The notes below the pieces were generated by a model. It was not told the origin of the DNA and made no database searches. It was given only the letters and a program-made list of their open reading frames with translations. Positions 34,393 to 40,758 of a DNA stretch of 40,758 nucleotides are shown piece after piece. This DNA comes from a virus (taxonomy: Duplodnaviria; Caudoviricetes): IMG/VR virus record IMGVR_UViG_3300020161_002793, positions 1 through 40,758 of that record; one strand, given 5' to 3'. A program made the translations under genes and the position numbers. How positions within the stretch are numbered: position 1 is the first letter of the stretch; every line of letters begins with the position of its first letter.

Positions 34393-34822
34393 GGGAGTAA
34401 TTCGGAGAGCTCAAGGTTGCAATCTTGCGCCCGAAATAGAGGCGTGCTGTCGCGCAATTATTGAAGACAGAGAATACAGGCCTGATGTTTTTCCATTTTT
34501 GATTATGGACATTATGCGAGTAGGGGATGTACGCACCTCGGATAGGGTTTTCCCTTGCCTTGTCGCTCGTATGGGTACTGGCGGGAATAACGTTCCACTT
34601 GTAACTGTAGTAATTGACGGACTTGCGAGAATCAGAAAGCTGATGCCCATTGAGGTAGAAAGAGTTATGGGCTGGCCTGATGATTCAACGAGGTATAGAA
34701 AAGATGGTTCCGAAGTGTCAGACACCCAGAGATACAAAATGCTTGGCAATGGGGTTGTTTCCCCTGTTGCCAAATGGATTGCAGAACAAATCGATATTTG
34801 TTGTCCAGTAAAAGACCTTTAG
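34142..34822 (+). CDS. C5 methyltransferase C-terminal part (overlapping frame; motifs IX-X); start uncertain
   Basis: ECP....SLS..L...VPERYFLS.RAAEGVIRRA; RKLMPIEVERVMGWPD; RYKMLGNGVV. Confidence 0.75.
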   Translation: MQQQMNFQSWSSGRTSQERSVATTVPTLRKSSGKWLNWGQITLNGPSSTQSTLECPNQGAESLSSLVLMKNVPERYFLSKRAAEGVIRRAQGCNLAPEIEACCRAIIEDREYRPDVFPFLIMDIMRVGDVRTSDRVFPCLVARMGTGGNNVPLVTVVIDGLARIRKLMPIEVERVMGWPDDSTRYRKDGSEVSDTQRYKMLGNGVVSPVAKWIAEQIDICCPVKDL

Positions 34823-35943
34823 TTCAAAAGTTCTTCTTCTTGTTGCATTGTGAATGCACGAGTACCTGGCCCAATTGGGTTAACAGATGTGATGTGGAAT
34901 TCGTGAATAAGAAGGTTTCTCACAAGCAAATGAAGAGGGTAAGAACGAGCATCTCGTACATGCTTTTTTCTGAACTCGGCAGCAAAAGCAAATGCGCGTT
35001 TCTGTAGGCCAGGGGTAACGATGTTTTCCTGGATGCATTCCTTTACACCATTCCAGCCACCCCGAGAGTATTGAAGAATTCGTTTATCAAGGTCGTATTC
35101 TGACCACCAGCGTCTCTGGGCTTCGATATGTGGGAAGCATTCGTAAAGCCGGTCATAAAAATCTGGTTCAGTGGCGACAACATCGCCCAGCCTGCGTATT
35201 GCTACTGCATGTAGAGGAATACCTACTCGGGTATTGCTTCCGCTCAGAGCAGCCAAGTCATAATATTCACAATATTCAGCGTTGTGTTCTTCGCTTATAA
35301 ATTTAAGTACATCGTTTGTTTCCCAGTCATAGATTACTTTTGCAAAACGAAGGGGCATATTTTTTTTCATTTTGTACGGGATAACAATGTAGTTTTCATG
35401 CAATTTTTGCACACAAGAACGATATCTAATCATTGATTCGTTTGCGCGAACTCCTGTTATGAAAGCAACGCGTCCCTTTTTACCCTGCATGGTGTAATAG
35501 TCAACAGATTGTGGCAGAGCCTGATTTGGGTCAAGTCCAAAGCTTTCCGCCCGAATAGCCCATGGGGGCATTTGTCTTACTAGTCTGTTTTCTTTTGCGC
35601 GATATGGGGACCAGAGTAAACAATATTCTCTTCTACCAAGAACCCACACTTCTTGCCCCATTGGTAAGCAATACCATTCCATGTCAACCCAGTCGTAATT
35701 GCGAACTTTGTTTACGAACTCGACAACTGAAGGACTTACCATTTCTTCGTCGCGGAAAATTACTTTTACTGGCCCGAGACCACGTTCTTCATGTATTTCT
35801 TTTGCAAGATAAAGAACAGCAGTTGAATCTTTACCACCAGAAAATTGCACGCAAACAGTGTCAAACGTGTCGTAGACGTGACGCATTCTTTGTCGAGCTG
35901 CATCAACACAATTCATGTCAAGAAATAGGCGCTGTCTAGTCAT
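34819..35943 (-). CDS. PAPS-reductase/PP-loop family protein (IbrA-like)
   Basis: FSGGKDS, FRDEE, GVRANES..R, IYDW...DV. Confidence 0.82.
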   Translation of the reverse strand: MTRQRLFLDMNCVDAARQRMRHVYDTFDTVCVQFSGGKDSTAVLYLAKEIHEERGLGPVKVIFRDEEMVSPSVVEFVNKVRNYDWVDMEWYCLPMGQEVWVLGRREYCLLWSPYRAKENRLVRQMPPWAIRAESFGLDPNQALPQSVDYYTMQGKKGRVAFITGVRANESMIRYRSCVQKLHENYIVIPYKMKKNMPLRFAKVIYDWETNDVLKFISEEHNAEYCEYYDLAALSGSNTRVGIPLHAVAIRRLGDVVATEPDFYDRLYECFPHIEAQRRWWSEYDLDKRILQYSRGGWNGVKECIQENIVTPGLQKRAFAFAAEFRKKHVRDARSYPLHLLVRNLLIHEFHITSVNPIGPGTRAFTMQQEEELLN

Positions 35944-35980
35944 ATTGTAAGGTTACCTGCACTAATCAAATTAAGTAAAA

Positions 35981-36014
35981 CGGGGGGTGGTCTTAATTCC
36001 AAGACCACCCCCCG
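35981..36014. terminator. Perfect hairpin in divergent intergenic region
   Basis: CGGGGGGTGGTCTT-AATTCC-AAGACCACCCCCCG. Confidence 0.5.
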
Positions 36015-36149
36015 ACGGGGTAATTAAAGGAGCACCCTTGTGCTACCCCTGTAGGCGTGAGAAAATGGTTTTCACTCATCCGGTCGAAGAATTAAACCAA
36101 ACGCCTGCACAGATTCTACATACATGACTCAGCCTGATAGAGTTATTCC

Positions 36150-37175
36150 ATGGCACATGAGCTTGAAATTAATGGCGGCAAAGCAAGAATGGCTTACGCA
36201 TCTGGTCCAACTAGAAGCGTCCCCTGGCATCGTCTTGGAACCCCAATGAAAGGGCTTCAGACAATGGAGGCAATGTTGACGGCTGCAAATGCTGATTTTG
36301 ACGTAGTCTTATCAAAAGTAGCTGCTATTGATTCCGATGGAAATCTTCTAAAAAATTCAGATGGTTCGATTGTCATTATTGACGACAGTCGCGCAACACT
36401 ACGCCAAAACGATGATGGAAGTTTTCAGGCATTGGCAACCGTTGGCACGCGCTACGAAGTACGCCAAAATAAAGAAGTTCTTGAGCGCGCCCTTGCGGTT
36501 GTTGGAGCATCAAGTGGAGATGCAGTAATGGACACAGTGGGCATTTTGAAGGAAGGTAAGAGATTTTTTGCCACTATCGAGCTTGATTCTCTAGTACTTG
36601 ACCCGGCTGGGGTTAATGACAAAATTGCTAGATACCTTGTAGTCAGTAGTGGACATGATGGTGTCTGGCCAATACGTTATGCGAATACGGATGTAAGAGC
36701 CGTTTGCAATAACACCGTAGTAATGGGGCTAAAGAGTGCTCAACGTGTTTTTACTGCGCGACATACTCGCAACGTTGACTCAGTTATTGAAGATGCACAG
36801 ACTGTTTTAGAAATCTCTACAGCTTGGGGAAAGGCTTTTTCCCACGAAGCAGAAAAAATGTTGTCAATCAATATTCCAAACGGGAGCATTAAAATTGATA
36901 GCATCCTAAACAAGGTTTTCCCTGTTGAACCTGGAGAAACATCTAGGCAAAGAAAGAACCGAGAAGATGTCAATTCATTAGTTCGTGCTCTTTACAAAAA
37001 CGAGAAAAATGCCGGTAGCTATGGTTTTAATGGCTGGTCATTGTATAACGCAATTGTTGAATATATTGACCACTACCGCTCAGAGGACCCATTAGTCGGA
37101 GCCATGGCAGCGATGGATGAAAATTCTCTTAATACACAAAAAAAGATTCTTGCTCACAGAGCAGTGGTATTATGA
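36150..37175 (+). CDS. DUF932 family phage/plasmid protein
   Basis: MAHELE...PWHRLG, VGTRYEVRQN, GHDG, RAVCNNT, RHT, WSLYNAIVEYIDH. Confidence 0.85.
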   Translation: MAHELEINGGKARMAYASGPTRSVPWHRLGTPMKGLQTMEAMLTAANADFDVVLSKVAAIDSDGNLLKNSDGSIVIIDDSRATLRQNDDGSFQALATVGTRYEVRQNKEVLERALAVVGASSGDAVMDTVGILKEGKRFFATIELDSLVLDPAGVNDKIARYLVVSSGHDGVWPIRYANTDVRAVCNNTVVMGLKSAQRVFTARHTRNVDSVIEDAQTVLEISTAWGKAFSHEAEKMLSINIPNGSIKIDSILNKVFPVEPGETSRQRKNREDVNSLVRALYKNEKNAGSYGFNGWSLYNAIVEYIDHYRSEDPLVGAMAAMDENSLNTQKKILAHRAVVL

Positions 37176-37178
37176 ACT

Positions 37179-37670
37179 ATGGCCAATCACGGGAATACAC
37201 CAGACTGGGATGATGAAGAATTTAGTTCGTCTGGAAATGACGAGCCAATTTTTATAGATGATGATGACTATCCCGATGATTCATATAATTTAAGCGACAT
37301 CAAAAAACATATTTTTCAAGAAAAAGTCATTAATAGTTTTGTCGAAGAAGCATATGCTTTTACAGGGCGAGAAGCAATAGCTGAGATACTTTCTTCATTG
37401 GAAAGAAAGATGGGATGGAAATTAGAAATAGTTGCTACCCGTGGAAGTATTGATAACGCCCTGCTTGCAGAAAACAGTACTTTTGACGAAGATGCTTGGA
37501 TACGTTTTTTGATGTCAAAAGATTACGAAATAATGACCTACCGAATTGCATATGAGAGCGAGCTTGCTGTGGATAACTTTATGGAATCCAGCTATCGCCC
37601 CACATCGCTCAAAACAAAGATGCGCAGATATATCAAAGCAAAAGTTTGGAATCTTTTCCAAAATATTTAA
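37179..37670 (+). CDS. Hypothetical protein with acidic N-terminus
   Basis: 163-aa ORF. Confidence 0.65.
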   Translation: MANHGNTPDWDDEEFSSSGNDEPIFIDDDDYPDDSYNLSDIKKHIFQEKVINSFVEEAYAFTGREAIAEILSSLERKMGWKLEIVATRGSIDNALLAENSTFDEDAWIRFLMSKDYEIMTYRIAYESELAVDNFMESSYRPTSLKTKMRRYIKAKVWNLFQNI

Positions 37671-37734
37671 TTTCATAGTTGACTTTGAGACCCCAGACGG
37701 ATAGTTTGTACGAACGCAAACAAGTAGGGGGCTT

Positions 37735-38052
37735 ATGAGTATTTTTGATAGTCAAGAGTCAATTCCTCCAGCGCCACGACTTAGGGCCGCATGCAAGGGA
37801 TTGCCAAGTGATTGGTGGTTCCCAGAATTTCCCCCAACCAAGGAAACTCAAGAGAATCAAAACAAGGCGTATGCAATCTGTAAAACCTGTATTGATAGAG
37901 AACCTTGCGCTGACTATGGAATTGAAAATCCAAGAATTTTAGGAATTTGGGGCGGTTTGTCTTGGAGAACAAGAAGAGACATGAGAGTTGTTCGTGAAAG
38001 ACAAAAAGCAAAACAGCAAGCCAAAGTTTTATTGACTAAGAAGAATACGTAA
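37735..38052 (+). CDS. whiB: WhiB family transcription factor (second copy)
   Basis: AACKG...WFP, ICKTCIDREPC, GIWGG; promoter TTGACT-N17-TAGTTT at 37679-37707. Confidence 0.88.
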   Translation: MSIFDSQESIPPAPRLRAACKGLPSDWWFPEFPPTKETQENQNKAYAICKTCIDREPCADYGIENPRILGIWGGLSWRTRRDMRVVRERQKAKQQAKVLLTKKNT

Positions 38053-39836
38053 TGAGTCAATCTCGCGCCGTTGCCGATTTTCTCCAAAGACTTGATGGGG
38101 TTAAGACTGCTGGGCCAAATCAATGGTCCGCTCGTTGCCCGTGCAGAAACGACGATGAGAACCCGTCCCTCAGTATTGCTGAATCAACCAAGACAGGTGA
38201 CGTTCTTGTTACTTGCCATAGGGGCAATGGTTGCGATACAGCACAAATCTGTGAGGCTATGGGTATCAATCAATCTCAACTCTTTGAACAATCAGCGACC
38301 CGGATTCCAACCTTTCGTGAACACGTGGAAAAGAAACAGCCGGTTGTGCAGCCTAAAAAGAAAACCTCGCGCAAGCTGGTCAAGGTTTACAAGTTCAGAG
38401 ATGAAGAGGGAAATCTTTCTTACGAGAAGCTCCGCTACGTAGACGAAGATGGAAAAAAATCATTTGGTCATCGCAGACCAGACCCAGACATGCCAGGTGA
38501 ATACATTTACGATGCAAAGGGCATCAAAAAACTTCTTTATAGGCTTCCTGAAGTTTTGGAAGCGATTGCCAACAGGGACCCTATTTGGCTCGTTGAGGGT
38601 GAAAAAGATGTTGACACTCTTGTAGAAAAATATGGAGTTTGCGCGACGACAATGTCTAGTGGTGCTGGCCATTGGGAATCTGAGTATTCACAAATTCTTT
38701 CTTGCGCAAGCGTGTTGGAAATTATTGCTGACAATGACGAGTCTGGAAAAACACATGCCGCAAACGTAGCCGCTCAAGTAAGGGCGATGGGTGGGATTGT
38801 TAATGTTTGGGTTTCTCCGCATGGGAAAGATATTACAGACCACATCGAAGCGGGTTACCAACCTGATGAACTTGCAGAGTTGAATTACCAGCTCCCAGAA
38901 CAAGACGAACAGATGCTTTCCGACGATGAAGAATCGCCCGGAGAAAGAATCATTGAGCTGGTTACGTCGGTGGTTGCTAATAGCGATTTGAGCCTTGAAC
39001 AAATGGTTAATCGCGTTGAGATTATGCTTGGTTCGCTTTCAACGAAATCAGATAACGACACTGGAAGACTTTATGATTGGCAAAAATTTCTCAATGATTA
39101 CAAAGACAGGGGATATGAATGGATTATTCCAGGCTTACTTGAAAAACAGGAACGAGTAATTGTTGTAGCTGCTGAGGGTGTTGGAAAAACAATGCTTGCG
39201 AGACAGGTAGCAATTTGTTCAGCAGCTGGTATTCATCCATTTACGTTTCAGAACATGGAACCAATCACCACTTTGATGATTGACCTTGAAAACCCAGAAA
39301 GGATTATTCAGAGGACATCTAACAACATCATGAAGGAAGCTGTAAGGATGTCAAAGCTTAAGAAAATTAACGCCCATTTGTACATACAGCCAGCAGGTCT
39401 TGATTTGACCAGTGGGCGAGACAGATTGATTGTTGAAAGATTGTGCGAGCAGATAAAACCTCAGTTGATTGTGCTTGGACCCCTGTATAAGGCGTATGTG
39501 GATAACGGAAGACAGACAAGCGAAGCTCTTGCTGTTGAGGTGGCCAAATTCTTGGACAGAATCAGAGACGTATATGGGTGCGCTCTTTGGCTTGAGCACC
39601 ACGCTCCTCTTGGTTCAACAACTTCAAGTCGCGAACTTCGCCCGTTTGGTTCTTCCGTGTGGTCGCGTTGGCCAGAATTTGGCATATCTCTCACGCCAGA
39701 CCCATTGGCTTTGGATGGGTATGTTTATCAAGTTAATCATTTCCGTGGGGCGCGTGATAAACGTGCTTGGCCAATACGTATGAAGCGTGCTGTGCGTTTT
39801 CCTTTCGAGACCTTGGAATTCATGAAAATGGACTAA
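38052..39836 (+). CDS. DNA primase-helicase (Zn finger, TOPRIM, RecA-like helicase)
   Basis: CPC...D.NPSL, CHRGNGC; LVEGEKD, ADND; AAEGVGKT, IDLEN, EHHA, FGSS. Confidence 0.88.
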   Translation: MSQSRAVADFLQRLDGVKTAGPNQWSARCPCRNDDENPSLSIAESTKTGDVLVTCHRGNGCDTAQICEAMGINQSQLFEQSATRIPTFREHVEKKQPVVQPKKKTSRKLVKVYKFRDEEGNLSYEKLRYVDEDGKKSFGHRRPDPDMPGEYIYDAKGIKKLLYRLPEVLEAIANRDPIWLVEGEKDVDTLVEKYGVCATTMSSGAGHWESEYSQILSCASVLEIIADNDESGKTHAANVAAQVRAMGGIVNVWVSPHGKDITDHIEAGYQPDELAELNYQLPEQDEQMLSDDEESPGERIIELVTSVVANSDLSLEQMVNRVEIMLGSLSTKSDNDTGRLYDWQKFLNDYKDRGYEWIIPGLLEKQERVIVVAAEGVGKTMLARQVAICSAAGIHPFTFQNMEPITTLMIDLENPERIIQRTSNNIMKEAVRMSKLKKINAHLYIQPAGLDLTSGRDRLIVERLCEQIKPQLIVLGPLYKAYVDNGRQTSEALAVEVAKFLDRIRDVYGCALWLEHHAPLGSTTSSRELRPFGSSVWSRWPEFGISLTPDPLALDGYVYQVNHFRGARDKRAWPIRMKRAVRFPFETLEFMKMD

Positions 39837-39845
39837 TCTATATAT

Positions 39846-40472
39846 ATGTCTGGTACACAAAAACCGCTTACGAGAGAGTTCTTAGCAGAGCGAGACGTCA
39901 GAATATTCAAGATGAGGCAAGCTGGTGTTGGTATTGGGGAGATAGCCAGAAGATTCAATGTCTCGTCTGGAACGGTCGGAACAGCCGTCAGAAGGCAGTT
40001 AGAGAAGCTGAATAAAGAAGCCTTAATGGCTTATCCAGAAGTTCTGCGCATGGAATTGGAGCGACTAGATGCGCTACAGACAGCAATTTGGCCACTTACT
40101 CAACCACGTAAACAGACTTTAGATGATGGAACTGAAATCATTGCTGAACCAGATTTAAAAGCCATCCAGCAAGTATTGTTGATTATGGATAGACGTTCAA
40201 AACTGCTTGGTATGGAGCAGAACAATCTCAATATCCAGATGGATGTGGGTTCTTCGACACCTATTAGGGCGACGCTTCATGGGGCAATACCAACTACTGC
40301 GGCTGAGCAATTTAGTCCTGAAGCCGAGGCTAAAAAACTATTGGCCCTAATGGGTTCTTCTGGCGTTATTTCAAGAGAATACGTAGACAAGATATTAGAT
40401 AAGATTCCCGAGTTAGACCCAATCATTGACGCAGAAATCATCGACACGGAGAGTTATAGTGACCGAGATTGA
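39846..40472 (+). CDS. HTH protein, terminase-small-subunit-like
   Basis: RIFKMRQAG....EIARRF; ELERLD.L...W; AI..VL.IMDRRSKLLG. Confidence 0.55.
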   Translation: MSGTQKPLTREFLAERDVRIFKMRQAGVGIGEIARRFNVSSGTVGTAVRRQLEKLNKEALMAYPEVLRMELERLDALQTAIWPLTQPRKQTLDDGTEIIAEPDLKAIQQVLLIMDRRSKLLGMEQNNLNIQMDVGSSTPIRATLHGAIPTTAAEQFSPEAEAKKLLALMGSSGVISREYVDKILDKIPELDPIIDAEIIDTESYSDRD

Positions 40473-40476
40473 CATT

Positions 40477-40641
40477 ATGGAATGGTTGGAAAATCGTGTT
40501 CCAGCATCTACTGTTGACATAAGAATGAATACAATGGCCATGAATGAGATAGACCGTTTACGGAAGCGAGTATCCGAACTTGAAAGACAACTTGATAAAC
40601 ACATTCGCAAAGATGAAGGAATCATTAGCGCATATGAATGA
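40477..40641 (+). CDS. Small hypothetical protein
   Basis: A..EIDRLR coiled coil. Confidence 0.5.
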   Translation: MEWLENRVPASTVDIRMNTMAMNEIDRLRKRVSELERQLDKHIRKDEGIISAYE

Positions 40642-40758
40642 AGAAAATATTGGGGATACTGACAACCTGAAATCGGCTATGTCAAAAGTTGCGGAAAACA
40701 CGAACATGGGCAGACGTGCGAACACCGGCTCAAAACCTGGTGAGCCAGCTCAAAAACA
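40634..40758 (+). CDS. Hypothetical protein (3'-truncated)
   Basis: MNEENIGDTDNLKSAMSKVAE... open to the window end. Confidence 0.5.
   Translation, partial: MNEENIGDTDNLKSAMSKVAENTNMGRRANTGSKPGEPAQK

Noticed and set aside
33832-34822. Methyltransferase pseudogene
   Set aside because: All catalytic motifs are intact and the overlap looks coding in both frames; kept as a split-enzyme hypothesis pending read check.
1-40758. Stop-codon reassignment, reverse transcriptase/DGR, or introns
   Set aside because: Genes are intact and densely coupled under the standard code; no RT motif, TR/VR pair or interrupted core gene seen.

Overview
This is a 40.8 kb fragment of a large tailed dsDNA phage, most likely infecting a freshwater actinobacterium (inferred from two WhiB genes, an actinobacterial-type ferredoxin, a proteasome-beta/HslV-like peptidase and leaderless TTGACA-N17-TAnnnT promoters). 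1-5.4 kb: lysis and membrane module plus putative virion/internal proteins and a ferredoxin. 5.8-12.7 kb: SGNH-like protein, thermonuclease, metallophosphoesterase, Ntn peptidase, WhiB and replication-initiation-like genes, with a sharp strand-composition switch at about 11.38 kb. 13.1-29 kb: accessory region of short promoter-gene-terminator modules, including a MoxR AAA+/vWA pair and two TM-LysM paralogs. These modules are separated by 13 co-oriented copies of an unrecognised bipartite repeat (TCATCCGCCACCGTC-x3-ACAAGA...AGCCCCGT) and carry several structured non-coding elements. 29-40.7 kb: SNF2/HARP-like helicase, tRNA-Arg(UCU), TauD-fold dioxygenase coupled to a split, overlapping-frame C5 DNA methyltransferase, PAPS-reductase-like protein, DUF932, second WhiB and primase-helicase. 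The best candidate for a new system is the repeat-delimited cassette array and its associated hairpin elements. All calls are by-eye motif recognition; no database searches were run.
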